NCBI GenBank assembly: GCA_049322675.1
Contig: JBMORM010000017.1
Coordinates: 3,928 to 67,927 of the forward strand
Length of the DNA stretch: 64,000 nt
Source: Patescibacteria group bacterium
GTDB taxonomy: Bacteria; Patescibacteriota; JAHJAL01
Direction: 5' to 3'
Shown: piece by piece, positions 29,203 through 39,461 of the stretch
Numbering within the stretch: the first letter of the stretch is position 1
Layout: each line of letters starts with the position of its first letter
The notes under the pieces: generated by a model
What the model was told of the DNA's origin: nothing
What the model saw: the letters and a program-made list of their open reading frames with translations, nothing else
The model's database searches: none
Program-made: the position numbers and the translations under genes

Positions 29203-30622
29203 AAATTGAGAGTAGGCAATAATAGATAATTAAGATTTTTTTGTCAGGAAAAAAAGAAAAGTTGAAAATTTTTTGTTGAGATAACAATTCTATGATTTGG
29301 TGACATAGATTCAGAATAATATTGAGGGGTAGTGATATGAGGGTTTGGATTGATTCTGGTAATAGAATACTAGTGAAAATATTTATCAAACCGTAAATCA
29401 TAATGAAGGGTATAAGAGGGACAATGATAAAATTGGCCGGTAGAGACAAGAGAGAGTATTTATGAAATAGGTATATCAAATAGGGAGTGGTGGTTATTTG
29501 CGCGCCGAGGCATTCCAAAGTGTTGTTAATAAAAGGATGTTTCAAATTGATGTTTTCAAAAAAAGCAGTAATTGGATTGGCGACAAAAAATATTCCTATC
29601 GTGGCTAGAAATGATAGGTGAAATCCTAGGTCATACCATAGAATCAAGGGATTTTGAAAAATCATAATAGTGGCAGCTAGAAAAATAGCAACGATTGGGT
29701 AAGGGCGTCGGCTTAGGTAGGGAGAGATAATTGCGATGATAGACATAATTAGTGCGCGGATGATTGAGCTTTCGGCACCGGTGAGGATAGTAAAGAGTAT
29801 GAGGCAGGAAATAGTAATAAATAATGCCAGGTGTCGATTAATTATTCCCCGAAGGTTTTTAATAAACAGGTTGGCAAAAATTGCCAGGTTGAATCCGGAA
29901 ACGACAATTATGTGAGTGAGTCCAAGTTGACGAAATTTATCGTATGATTCTTGAGGTAGAGCATTTTTTTCTCCAAGTAAAATGCCTGACAATAGGCTAC
30001 TGTTTAGGGGAGTAAAATTTTTTTTCAGATTGGAATTTATTCTGTCTTTCAGGTTGTAAATGTGTTTGAGAAGGCTGTTTGATCGGTCATCAACTATAGT
30101 GATTTGAGGTTGATTTATCTCGACATAAATGTTGTTTTTTGCTAAATATCCGGAGTAAGAAAATGATGATTGTGCTAAGGATTTTGGAGTTGTAATCAAT
30201 CCGTTGATTGTTAAAGTTTGGCCATAATGATATTGGGGAAAAGTACTTGTGACAATTTGAGCCCGACCGGAATAATTGGTGTGGTTTGTTGAAATGTTGG
30301 CAAGGGTTATTTTTTGCTGGTTATTTTTTTGGATAGGGGGATCGGAAATAGTCCCGGTAAGTGTTTTATTGGTTGTAGCTAATATTTGAATGTTGTTGGT
30401 GATAATGGGTTGGAGAAAAAAATTGAAGTTAAATATTGCTAGTTGTAGGCTGGTTAAGGCGAGAAAAAAATAGAATAGTTGGTTTTTGCTTATCCAGGAC
30501 AAAATGGCAAGTATAAAAAAAAGATAAAAAATCGATTGAGGGATGGGAAAAAAATTTGGGGATAGGAAAGTCCCGATGATAAATGATAGACAAAAAACCA
30601 GAGTAGATATTGATTTTGACAT
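29147..30622 (-). CDS. comEC: ComEC/Rec2 competence membrane protein (DUF4131 + Competence domain)
   Basis: GILLGE, GLTHIIVVSGFN, SIIRA, GFHLSF.AT. Confidence 0.9.
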   Translation of the reverse strand: MSKSISTLVFCLSFIIGTFLSPNFFPIPQSIFYLFFILAILSWISKNQLFYFFLALTSLQLAIFNFNFFLQPIITNNIQILATTNKTLTGTISDPPIQKNNQQKITLANISTNHTNYSGRAQIVTSTFPQYHYGQTLTINGLITTPKSLAQSSFSYSGYLAKNNIYVEINQPQITIVDDRSNSLLKHIYNLKDRINSNLKKNFTPLNSSLLSGILLGEKNALPQESYDKFRQLGLTHIIVVSGFNLAIFANLFIKNLRGIINRHLALFITISCLILFTILTGAESSIIRALIMSIIAIISPYLSRRPYPIVAIFLAATIMIFQNPLILWYDLGFHLSFLATIGIFFVANPITAFFENINLKHPFINNTLECLGAQITTTPYLIYLFHKYSLLSLPANFIIVPLIPFIMIYGLINIFTSILLPESIQTLISLPLNIILNLCHQIIELLSQQKIFNFSFFPDKKILIIYYCLLSIYVYHQAFHPKSLGTKKTQ

Positions 30623-30739
30623 AATAATTTTATCTTAAAATAAAGATTATTATGTTTAATTAAAATTTTTATTAAATATAAATAAATTCAACCATGATGG
30701 TTGAATTTATTTGGTAGAGATAATGTTGTTGGGGACTTG

Positions 30740-32158
30740 TTAGCAGCCACCGCCGACGCAGGGATTCCAACAAGGTGAAGCTTGTCCGTATGTTGCCCAG
30801 TCGGGATTACCAGCGGCTTTTTGAATCATTTTTTGAAAACTGCAATCTACTTCCTCTTTTCCGTGCATCATACTATCCAGGAAGTGAAGATCAAAATGTC
30901 CGGGGAAGTCATTGTCGGTGATTCCGCCATCAATATCATGGGCGCAGCCATCGATGGCGGCAGCAATTTGGCGTTTTTGAGGATCGGATTCAATTTCGAC
31001 AATGACCGCATCTGGTTGCCACAAGATCCAGTCATCTCCTGGACAATAAGGGGTGAAACTTTTGCGAAAATTGTAAATATTGCGGATTACTTCAGTGTCT
31101 GCCTTGGTGAGTGGAACAACGTCACTATGCCATCGATCCATACCGAGGGATTTAACGTGAAAAGATTGCCCGAGGGCCAAATCGGTGATTTTGATTGTAT
31201 GTCCTGAATCTAGAAATTGATCTATCTCGTTATTTTTGACAAGAATTCCATATTTGGGGTCTTTATGTCGAACAGTTATTTGATAATCAATGTTGAAATC
31301 TTGAAACCAGGTAATATTTTCTGCGACGGATTGAAAACTTTCATTGTATATTCCTGGTTTGATAGAATCCGGTGCTTTGACGGAAAAGGAATAGGTGCCA
31401 ATTTGAGATGGGGATACTTGCGATTGATTAATACTTGTCACTCGGTTTTGACTTAGCCAGTCTGAGGTGGAAAAAAGACTACTGCGATCCCAATCTTTGG
31501 CGGTGGCTAGTCTGACTGGTGCTTGGCCGTAATTGTGCCAATCGGCGGTGCCGATATTTTTTATGGAAATTTCCAAATTTTTGTTTTCTCCTTGGGAAAG
31601 TATAAACGAGGAAGATTCTTGGGATATTAATTCGCTACGATAAATGCCGTCGGTGGCATAATTTGTTTCTGGATTTTGGGGGACATTGGCAACGCTTTCA
31701 ATTGACTTGACGGTAATTTTCCAAAATATTCCATAATCTTCGAGCCAGGAGATATTTTCTACGACGGGACGGAAATATTCCAGATAATCTCCTGGCTTAT
31801 TGGGGGCGGTAATTTCAAACATAAATACTGCTCTTTCATTGGGTTTGATATTTGTATCTTCGGTCAGCCAGGCAGAACGGTTGGGTGAAAGCCAGTCCGA
31901 TGAAGAGAAAAAGATACTGTCTCGATCAGCCGGATGATCTGTAGCCAAGTGGATGGGGACGTTTTTGTCCCATGATTTTGTCCCGGTGTTTTCAATCAAG
32001 ACCCAAAGACGGGCTTTTTCGCCGGGAAATAACGAGGGATAGCTACTTTGTGAAACCCATTGATAGGAGTATTCCGGTGTGGCTTGAACGATAGCGCTAG
32101 CGAAAAATTGGTTCGAAATCAAAATAGTCAGTATTAGAAAAATTATTTTTTTTGTCAT
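30740..32158 (-). CDS. Secreted protein with two NBR1-Ig-like repeats and an uncharacterised C-terminal domain
   Basis: Signal peptide; 2x NTG...W...LATD.P.DR.S.F...WLS.NR-like repeat; C-terminal H.D..PLT..DT and GHFDLHF. Confidence 0.75.
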   Translation of the reverse strand: MTKKIIFLILTILISNQFFASAIVQATPEYSYQWVSQSSYPSLFPGEKARLWVLIENTGTKSWDKNVPIHLATDHPADRDSIFFSSSDWLSPNRSAWLTEDTNIKPNERAVFMFEITAPNKPGDYLEYFRPVVENISWLEDYGIFWKITVKSIESVANVPQNPETNYATDGIYRSELISQESSSFILSQGENKNLEISIKNIGTADWHNYGQAPVRLATAKDWDRSSLFSTSDWLSQNRVTSINQSQVSPSQIGTYSFSVKAPDSIKPGIYNESFQSVAENITWFQDFNIDYQITVRHKDPKYGILVKNNEIDQFLDSGHTIKITDLALGQSFHVKSLGMDRWHSDVVPLTKADTEVIRNIYNFRKSFTPYCPGDDWILWQPDAVIVEIESDPQKRQIAAAIDGCAHDIDGGITDNDFPGHFDLHFLDSMMHGKEEVDCSFQKMIQKAAGNPDWATYGQASPCWNPCVGGGC

Positions 32159-32219
32159 AAAAAATTATTTTAATATTTTTTACTACAAATATATTTTATC
32201 ATTTTTTGGTTTAATGATA

Positions 32220-32255
32220 TTAGCACTTGACAGGAAAGACTGCTAAAATTATCAT
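32220..32255 (+). promoter_or_regulatory. CIRCE operator overlapping a sigma70 promoter of hrcA
   Basis: ttagcactt-N9-gactgctaa (32220-32246) vs consensus TTAGCACTC-N9-GAGTGCTAA; TTGACA 32227-32232, 17 bp, TATCAT 32250-32255. Confidence 0.88.
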
Positions 32256-32261
32256 ATAATT

Positions 32262-32984
32262 ATGGATTCAATGAATGAAAGACAAAAATCTGTTTTGAGA
32301 ATGTTGGTTGGCGACTATATCAAGACGGCACGACCGGTCGGTTCGGCTTGGTTGGTAAAGAGACACAAGATGGGTTGCTGCAGCGCGACCGTACGCAATG
32401 ACATGTCGTTTTTGGAACAACTTGGATTTATCGGCCAATCTCATTTTTCAGCTGGTCGAGTACCGACAGCGGCAGGTTATCGGTATTATATTGACAATTT
32501 GATGACAACCAGAGAAATACCATCTAGGTTTAGGCGAAGAGTGATTTTGATATTAAAATCTTTGGATGCCAAAAAATATTCTCGAGTTGCCAGGACATTG
32601 GCGGCGGAGATTGCCAGTGTTACCGGTAATTTGACTATGATAAGTATGCCGCCGGATAGACTGGAGATGAGTGGAATGCAATATTTTTTGTGTCGTCCGG
32701 AGTTTCGGGATGAGAAGTTGATGCGTCGAACCGGGTTATTGTTGGATAGGATCGGAGAGTTGGTTTTTGATTTACGTGGCAAATTGCCGGAGAATTCTTT
32801 TCGGGTTTATATTGATGAAGAATTGAATTACGAATTTATGAGAGAGATGGCGGTGGTGGTAAGAAAATTTCGTGATCCGTTTGGGGAAAGTCATGTATTG
32901 GGGATGGTTGGTCCAGTTAGGATGGATTATAGTATTTTACCGGATATAATGGATTTTGCTGCGACAACTTTAGAAGGTTTTTAG
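32262..32984 (+). CDS. hrcA: Heat-inducible transcription repressor HrcA (short form)
   Basis: YIKTARPVGS, SATVRNDM..LE..G, SAGRVPT..GYRYY, GPVRMDY. Confidence 0.93.
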   Translation: MDSMNERQKSVLRMLVGDYIKTARPVGSAWLVKRHKMGCCSATVRNDMSFLEQLGFIGQSHFSAGRVPTAAGYRYYIDNLMTTREIPSRFRRRVILILKSLDAKKYSRVARTLAAEIASVTGNLTMISMPPDRLEMSGMQYFLCRPEFRDEKLMRRTGLLLDRIGELVFDLRGKLPENSFRVYIDEELNYEFMREMAVVVRKFRDPFGESHVLGMVGPVRMDYSILPDIMDFAATTLEGF

Positions 32985-33008
32985 ATGATTTTTTTAATTT
33001 TTTAATTC

Positions 33009-33491
33009 ATGAAAAAAAATAATAATGTACAGAAAGATTGTAACTGTCAGGATATGAGTTTGGAAATAGAGGAGTTGAAGAAAAAATGTTTGGAGTTGGA
33101 GGAATCATGGAAACGTTCAGTGGCTGATTTTGCCAATTTTAAAAAGAGAAGTGAAGAAGAAAAAAGACTGATTTTTGATGTAATCAGGGCCGATGTGGCT
33201 TCAAGTTTTTTGCCGGTTTACGATAGTATCAGTAGGGGCTTGCAGTCGGATACAAGTAAAGATGATGGTTTGGAAAAAATTATGCGAGTATTTGAAACGG
33301 TTTTAAAATCTCATGGAATAGAGAAAGTTACTTTAGATCTAAAGAAATTTGATCCTGAGTTGGCGGAAGCAGTTGGATATATGGACAATGATGATAAAAA
33401 GAAGTCCGGTCAGATTGCGGCGGTGGTGGAGGAAGCGTTTGGAATGGGAGGTAAGATTATTCGTCCGGCGAAGGTAATGATTTTTAGATAG
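33009..33491 (+). CDS. grpE: Nucleotide exchange factor GrpE
   Basis: R..ADFANFKKR, FDP..AEAV, IRPAKV; operon position. Confidence 0.9.
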   Translation: MKKNNNVQKDCNCQDMSLEIEELKKKCLELEESWKRSVADFANFKKRSEEEKRLIFDVIRADVASSFLPVYDSISRGLQSDTSKDDGLEKIMRVFETVLKSHGIEKVTLDLKKFDPELAEAVGYMDNDDKKKSGQIAAVVEEAFGMGGKIIRPAKVMIFR

Positions 33492-33527
33492 TTTTTATAT
33501 ATTTGATTAATCATTTAGGAGGAAATT

Positions 33528-33959
33528 ATGGCTAGATGGATGGTTCCATGGTTTTCCATGGATGAAGAATTGAATAAATTTTTTGATGATCCTTTTTCTG
33601 GTTCTGGGAAAAATTGGATGACGTGTCCGGCGGCGGATGTATTTGAAAAGGATGGCAAGGTATTTGTGAGGTTTGATTTGCCTGGAGTCAAAGAAGACGA
33701 AGTAGATGTGGAGATTGGGGAAAAATATGTGGAAATCAAAGGTGAGTCAAAGGAAAAGAAGGAAGTAAAAGATAAAAAGTATTATCGTTTGGAAAGTAGG
33801 ATGAGTAGTTTTTCTCGTCGAGTGCCTGTGCCTTCTATGGATGCAAAAAAAGCTGAGGCTGTGATGAAAGATGGCGTTTTAGAGATTAGGGCACCGAAAA
33901 TCGAGGCGGAAAAATTGACCACCAAATTGAAAGTAAAAAAATTGTCGGATAGTAAATAA
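33528..33959 (+). CDS. Small heat shock protein Hsp20
   Basis: DLPGV, FSRRVP, A..KDGVLEI..PK. Confidence 0.92.
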   Translation: MARWMVPWFSMDEELNKFFDDPFSGSGKNWMTCPAADVFEKDGKVFVRFDLPGVKEDEVDVEIGEKYVEIKGESKEKKEVKDKKYYRLESRMSSFSRRVPVPSMDAKKAEAVMKDGVLEIRAPKIEAEKLTTKLKVKKLSDSK

Positions 33960-33965
33960 TTTATT

Positions 33966-34085
33966 TTTCCCGGCTATGATTCTGCATATATGAAAAGAGT
34001 TGTAGCCGGGAAAATTTCTAATTCTTAATTTTTAATTTTTAAACTATTTTTGTTTAGAAATTAAAAATTAAGAATTAAAAATTAA
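33966..34085. repeat. Hairpin (ttttcccggcta...tagccgggaaaa) followed by a heptamer inverted-arm element
   Basis: Element nearly identical to 19017-19089. Confidence 0.75.
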
Positions 34086-34130
34086 TAATTAATTCTGTTA
34101 TTTATCTGTTTTAAATATTTAAGAGGTTTT

Positions 34131-36017
34131 ATGAGTAAAATTATCGGAATTGATTTGGGCACGACGAATAGTTGTATGGCGATTATGGAGGGAGGATCAC
34201 CAACGGTGATTACCAATGCCGAAGGAAATCGCACAACGCCTTCGATAGTGGCAATAGATAAAAATGGACAAAGATTGGTTGGTCAAACTGCGAAAAGGCA
34301 GTCCGTGGTCAATCCTGAGGATACGCTTTATAGCGTGAAGAGATTTATGGGAAGACGATTTGACGACGAAGAAGTTTCCCGAGATATCAAGATGGTCCCA
34401 TTTAAGGTTAAGAAGGGAAAAAATAATTCAGTTATTTTGGAAATGGATGGTAAGGACTACACTCCGCAAGAAATTTCGGCTATGGTATTGCAAAAGTTAA
34501 AAGAAGATGCAGAAGCGTTTTTGGGGGAAAGGGTGACCGAGGCGGTTATTACGGTTCCGGCATATTTTGATGATGCGCAAAGGCAAGCAACCAAAGATGC
34601 AGGGAAAATTGCGGGTTTGGAAGTAAAACGTATTATCAACGAGCCGACAGCGGCGGCGTTGGCATATGGATTGAATAAACATAAAGATGAAAAGATTGTG
34701 GTTTATGATTTGGGTGGGGGAACTTTTGACGTATCTGTATTGGAAGTGAGTCAGGATACGGTGGAAGTTTTGGCGACCAACGGAGATACTCATCTTGGTG
34801 GCGATGATTTTGATCAAGTGTTAATAAATTATTTAGCAGATGAATTTTTGAAGTCGGATGGAATTGATTTACGGAAAGATGTTTTGGCTTTACAAAGATT
34901 AAAAGATTTTGCTGAAAAAGCTAAAATTGAATTGTCTTCGACGGTAGAGACTCAAATAAATATTCCGTTTATTACCAATACTGCTGATGGTCCAAAACAT
35001 TTGGATATTAAGTTGACTAGGGCCAAGTTGGAAGAAATTACGGATGATTTGATTCAAAAAACTTTGGAACCTTGCAAAAAAGCTTTAGCGGATGCCAAGT
35101 TGGATAAAAATAATATTGATCAGATCGTATTGGTTGGTGGACAGACTCGTATGCCAAAAGTACAACAGGTGGTTAAAGATTTTTTTGGAAAAGAACCTCA
35201 TAAAGGTATAAATCCGGATGAAGTGGTGGCGATGGGAGCTGCAGTTCAAGGTGGTGTTTTAACTGGCGATGTAAAAGATATTTTACTGTTGGATGTTACT
35301 CCTTTGTCTTTAGGAATAGAAACGTTGGGTGGAGTGGCGACGCGTTTGATTGAGAGAAATACGACGGTTCCGACAAAGGCCAGTCAGGTTTTTTCAACTG
35401 CGGCTGATAATCAAACTTCGGTGGAGATTCATGTAGTTCAGGGAGAAAGAGAGATGGCAGTTGATAATAAATCATTGGGAAGATTCATTTTGGATGGAAT
35501 CCCACCTGCTCCGAGAGGAATTCCTCAGGTTGAAGTAACTTTTGATATTGACTCAAATGGAATATTAAATGTTACCGCTTTGGACAAAGCGACCAATAAG
35601 AAACAAAATATTGTGATTCAGGGTTCGAGTGGTTTATCAAAAGAAGAAGTAGATAAAATGCAAAAAGAAGCACAAGCTCATGCTGAAGAAGATAAGAAAA
35701 AGAAAGAAGCGATTGAAGAAAAAAATAAAGCGGAACAATTGGTGTATGCTAGTGAGAAGTCACTAAAGGATTTTGGTGAAAAAATTTCCAAGGATGATAA
35801 GGAGAACATTGAAAAAGCTATTGCGGACTTGAAAGAGGTAAAAGACAAGGATGATATTGATGCTATAAAAGAAAAGAGCGGAAAATTGAGCGAATTGGTG
35901 CAAAAGATAGGGGCGGAAATGTATAAACAAGCTGGAGTGGCAACTGAAGATACAAAAAAAGACGGCAATGAAGAGGAGGTGGTTGATGTAAAAACAAAGA
36001 AAAGGGGTGAAAAATAA
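34131..36017 (+). CDS. dnaK: Chaperone DnaK
   Basis: [35 protein letters not shown]. Confidence 0.99.
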   Translation: MSKIIGIDLGTTNSCMAIMEGGSPTVITNAEGNRTTPSIVAIDKNGQRLVGQTAKRQSVVNPEDTLYSVKRFMGRRFDDEEVSRDIKMVPFKVKKGKNNSVILEMDGKDYTPQEISAMVLQKLKEDAEAFLGERVTEAVITVPAYFDDAQRQATKDAGKIAGLEVKRIINEPTAAALAYGLNKHKDEKIVVYDLGGGTFDVSVLEVSQDTVEVLATNGDTHLGGDDFDQVLINYLADEFLKSDGIDLRKDVLALQRLKDFAEKAKIELSSTVETQINIPFITNTADGPKHLDIKLTRAKLEEITDDLIQKTLEPCKKALADAKLDKNNIDQIVLVGGQTRMPKVQQVVKDFFGKEPHKGINPDEVVAMGAAVQGGVLTGDVKDILLLDVTPLSLGIETLGGVATRLIERNTTVPTKASQVFSTAADNQTSVEIHVVQGEREMAVDNKSLGRFILDGIPPAPRGIPQVEVTFDIDSNGILNVTALDKATNKKQNIVIQGSSGLSKEEVDKMQKEAQAHAEEDKKKKEAIEEKNKAEQLVYASEKSLKDFGEKISKDDKENIEKAIADLKEVKDKDDIDAIKEKSGKLSELVQKIGAEMYKQAGVATEDTKKDGNEEEVVDVKTKKRGEK

Positions 36018-36087
36018 ATTTTCTCCCAAACTCACTTAATTATTGTTACAATAGTTTTGGGAAATTAGTTTGTTTTTAAAAAAAATA

Positions 36088-36786
36088 ATGAAAAAAATAT
36101 CTTTGTTTTTGTTGCCAATTGTTTTTGCCGGGATTCTTGCTGGATGTAGTTTGTGGGGTAGTTCCAATGAAAATTCTGATCAGGCTGCTGGTGATCAGAC
36201 AGTAGTGACAGAGCCGATAAATCAAGGCGACAATCAGAATATTGATTCTCCGGTTAATACTGATCCTGTCGGTGGCATGTACGTAGTAACCAATCCGGCT
36301 GATGTCTTGGAAAAAGCTAAGAAGAGTGCGAATTTGGCCAATGAAAAAGCGAGAAAATGGCAATCGGATGCAAAGTTGATATTACTATCCACCAATTATT
36401 TTTCTTCATTGAATGACGAGGGAGTGATTGATAAATTTATTTATACTTCTGATATAAATACTGAGTTGTACTTTTCAATCGATATAACCAGGAGTGATCA
36501 AAAATTTACCAGGACGTTGATATATCGTGATGATTATCGTTTGAAATCAGGAGTATTGCCGATACCGATTAAATATTGGAAAATTACTTATGCACAAGCA
36601 TTGGAAAAAGCAGATATGTTGGGGGGTTATCAATTTCGTAAGGATCATCCCAATTATCAGGTGTCACAGATGTTGTCTTTAGCAGATGGAAAGAATTTGG
36701 CTTGGTATATTGTTTATAGTGCTCCTGGTTCCGATCAGTCTTTTCGTATTACGATAGATTCTAGTACTGGTGAGCAGATTTTATAG
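36088..36786 (+). CDS. Hypothetical lipoprotein
   Basis: MKK + hydrophobic stretch + LAGC lipobox; PepSY-like ending W.I......ID..TGE. Confidence 0.75.
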   Translation: MKKISLFLLPIVFAGILAGCSLWGSSNENSDQAAGDQTVVTEPINQGDNQNIDSPVNTDPVGGMYVVTNPADVLEKAKKSANLANEKARKWQSDAKLILLSTNYFSSLNDEGVIDKFIYTSDINTELYFSIDITRSDQKFTRTLIYRDDYRLKSGVLPIPIKYWKITYAQALEKADMLGGYQFRKDHPNYQVSQMLSLADGKNLAWYIVYSAPGSDQSFRITIDSSTGEQIL

Positions 36787-36812
36787 TCTAGTTTAGAAAT
36801 TTGATTGTTGCA

Positions 36813-36836
36813 GGGCAGAACAGTGTTCTGCCCCTA
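36813..36836 (-). repeat. REP-like hairpin (taggggcagaacactgttctgccc)
   Basis: Perfect 9-bp stem; same architecture as 12211-12232. Confidence 0.55.
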
Positions 36837-36858
36837 AGTTTATTTTTTGAATAACAAT

Positions 36859-38043
36859 ATGACAAAAGATTATTATTCTACGTTGGGTGTAAAAAAAGAT
36901 GCTTCGTTGGATGAAATAAAAAAGGCATATCGAAAACTGGCTCACAAATATCATCCGGATAAAGGGGGTGGCAAAGAAGCGGAAGAAAAATTTAAAGAAA
37001 TCAATGAGGCGTACCAGGTTTTGTCTGATCCGGCTAAAAGAAGTAATTTTGATCGTTTCGGTGCGGCTGGTTTTGCAGGAGGGGGGCAGGCTGGGGGTGG
37101 ATTTTCTGGTTTCGATCCTAGTGGTTTTTATCGATCTTCTCAGGGTTCTGGCGGTGGGTTTAGAATGGATTTTGACATGGGGGAAGATCTGGGTGATATT
37201 TTTGATATGTTTTTTGGAGGAGGTTTTACTGGAGGAAGAACTAGAGGAAAAAAAGTGGATACCAGGGGGCGTGACTTGCAAACAACTATTGATGTTGATT
37301 TTGTTCAGGCTGTTTTGGGAGCGGAGATAAATATTTCAATTGAAAAAATGGTGAAATGTAGGGAGTGCAAGGGAACTGGGGCCAAAAGTGAGGAGTTGAT
37401 TGAATGTTCTGTTTGCAAAGGTATGGGGTATGAAGAAAAAATTCAAAATACTATATTGGGACAAGTACGACAGAAAAGTGTTTGTGGAAATTGTGGCGGT
37501 TTGGGAAAAATGCCCAAGGTTTCATGCTCAGAATGTTTGGGTCAAGGGAGAGTAAAAAAACAAGTGACACAAGTTGTAGATATTCCAGCCGGGGTAGAGG
37601 ATCAGATGGTTTTAAGATTGAGAGGGGAAGGAGAAGCAGGTTTGAAAGGTGGAGAAGATGGTGATTTATTGATAAAAATTCGAGTTCAAAAGAGTCGGGA
37701 TTTTTCTCGGGATGGTAACGATGTCGTTAGTAAAAAGAAGATTTCATTTACACAAGCGGCTTTGGGAGCTGAATTGTCGGTGGCGATGGTGGACGGGTCG
37801 GAAGAGATTGTAATTCCGGCAGGTACGCAAAATGGTGAACGATTAAAAATTACTGGACGGGGGGTGCCATATTTGGGGAATGAATCAAAAAGGGGTGATC
37901 ATATTATGGAAATTGAAGTGGAAGTACCAAAAAGATTGTCGGAAAAAGAGAAAGAATTGATTCGGGAATTGGCTGTGTTGAGAGGCGAGGAAATCAAGGA
38001 AGAGAATGTATTTCAAAGAGTAAAAAGAAAAATAGGACTTTGA
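36859..38043 (+). CDS. dnaJ: Chaperone DnaJ
   Basis: J-domain HPD, G/F region, four CxxCxGxG repeats. Confidence 0.97.
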   Translation: MTKDYYSTLGVKKDASLDEIKKAYRKLAHKYHPDKGGGKEAEEKFKEINEAYQVLSDPAKRSNFDRFGAAGFAGGGQAGGGFSGFDPSGFYRSSQGSGGGFRMDFDMGEDLGDIFDMFFGGGFTGGRTRGKKVDTRGRDLQTTIDVDFVQAVLGAEINISIEKMVKCRECKGTGAKSEELIECSVCKGMGYEEKIQNTILGQVRQKSVCGNCGGLGKMPKVSCSECLGQGRVKKQVTQVVDIPAGVEDQMVLRLRGEGEAGLKGGEDGDLLIKIRVQKSRDFSRDGNDVVSKKKISFTQAALGAELSVAMVDGSEEIVIPAGTQNGERLKITGRGVPYLGNESKRGDHIMEIEVEVPKRLSEKEKELIRELAVLRGEEIKEENVFQRVKRKIGL

Positions 38044-38060
38044 TATTCAAAAATAAAAAA

Positions 38061-39398
38061 ATGATTATGAAAAGTGATGGCGACAATAGCAAAGAACTGG
38101 TAGGAGAAAATTTAACATTGGATCACAATATTGATGTGAGTGTCAATTTAACAAAAGAAAGAAGATTTGATCTTGATTTTAATAAATTGAGTCAAAGAAC
38201 CGGCCAAATGTTGGATGATGAGGACGGTAAGATTGGTGAGGTAGAAAAAACATCAAAGTTGATTGAAAGAAATGGAGAGGAAATTGCCCCTGGAATAAAA
38301 ATCCAGACGAGTGGCTGGAGAATTATTTTTGAACAGGATTTAGATAAGTGCAAATTGTTTGATAATCAGCGTTTTGCTTTAAGGTATTTTGACAAAAATA
38401 AGAAAATTTCTAAAATATGTTATTTTACAAAGGATGGAATTGTAAGTTTGTTTGACAATAATTGTGGAAATATATATGAGTTGAAATTGCCGATTGATGG
38501 TTTAAATATGGCAAATGAAAAATATTTTGCCAGATTACGTTTGGTGTTACAGGAAAAGATAGATAACAAAAATGAATATAAGGATTTATCTTTTGACGAT
38601 TTTGATGTCTTGATAAAATTTTTTGATTTTCAAAGAAATGGAATTGATGTTTTCGCTGATCAAACCGATAAAATTGCGAGTGAGAAAGATATTCCAAAAG
38701 AGATAAATGAGAATTTAAATCAGGTAACTGGTTTTTGTTTGGAGCTAAATAATTTGATTGATAAAAATGGTTATGATAATAATTATAAAATAAAGCAATT
38801 GATGTTGGATGATGGGGGGAGGGATGATCGAGTATTGGATTATTATAATTTCCAGGCTTTCCCTGAGCAGGGCAAAATATATGGAAATATTAATTGTTTG
38901 GAAAAAGAATATTCATTATCAATCATTTATCATGAGGCGGCACACATATTTTATGAATCAATTCCGGAAGATAGGGCTGATGGAATTTGCAAACAAAAAA
39001 TAAAGAATGATTTTTATGAATTATTGGATGTTTGTGGATTAGACAAAACTAAGTTGGATTTTAAAACGGAATATCGGCAGGCGTTTGAAAAAAATGAGTT
39101 ATTTCGGATAATTGATGAGTCAAGGTATGTAAAAACTAATTTGTCTGAGAAAGATAAGAACAAACCGGGACATCCTTATGACGGTTTTGAAGAAATGTTT
39201 GCCAGTATTATTGCGATCACGCAAATTCCGCAATATAGAGAACAAATGATTAATAATCTAAAATTGAGTTCGTTGGATGATAAACAAAAAACTGCCTTAT
39301 CGAAGGCAATTAATGATTGTTTAAAGACGATGAATAAATCGGGGATTGAGGTGGAATGGAGAGAAGAAAACTCTTATAAACCCTTAGAAACTCTTTAA
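38061..39398 (+). CDS. Hypothetical protein with a zincin-like HExxH motif
   Basis: IIYHEAAH and downstream EEMFAS; start uncertain (38040/38061/38067). Confidence 0.6.
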   Translation: MIMKSDGDNSKELVGENLTLDHNIDVSVNLTKERRFDLDFNKLSQRTGQMLDDEDGKIGEVEKTSKLIERNGEEIAPGIKIQTSGWRIIFEQDLDKCKLFDNQRFALRYFDKNKKISKICYFTKDGIVSLFDNNCGNIYELKLPIDGLNMANEKYFARLRLVLQEKIDNKNEYKDLSFDDFDVLIKFFDFQRNGIDVFADQTDKIASEKDIPKEINENLNQVTGFCLELNNLIDKNGYDNNYKIKQLMLDDGGRDDRVLDYYNFQAFPEQGKIYGNINCLEKEYSLSIIYHEAAHIFYESIPEDRADGICKQKIKNDFYELLDVCGLDKTKLDFKTEYRQAFEKNELFRIIDESRYVKTNLSEKDKNKPGHPYDGFEEMFASIIAITQIPQYREQMINNLKLSSLDDKQKTALSKAINDCLKTMNKSGIEVEWREENSYKPLETL

Positions 39399-39460
39399 AA
39401 CTCTTATTAATTTCAGTTTGTAAGAGTTTGTAAGGGTTTTAAGTTTAGAAGTGTTTGAAA
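39367..39460. repeat. Decamer tandem repeat with inverted arm
   Basis: aaactcttat/aaacccttag/aaactcttta ... gtaagagttt/gtaagggttt. Confidence 0.65.
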
Positions 39461-39461
39461 T

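Noticed and set aside
28336-30622. Frameshifted comEC
   Set aside because: The MBL ORF has its own start and N-terminal hydrophobic anchor; split ComEC/MBL genes are common.
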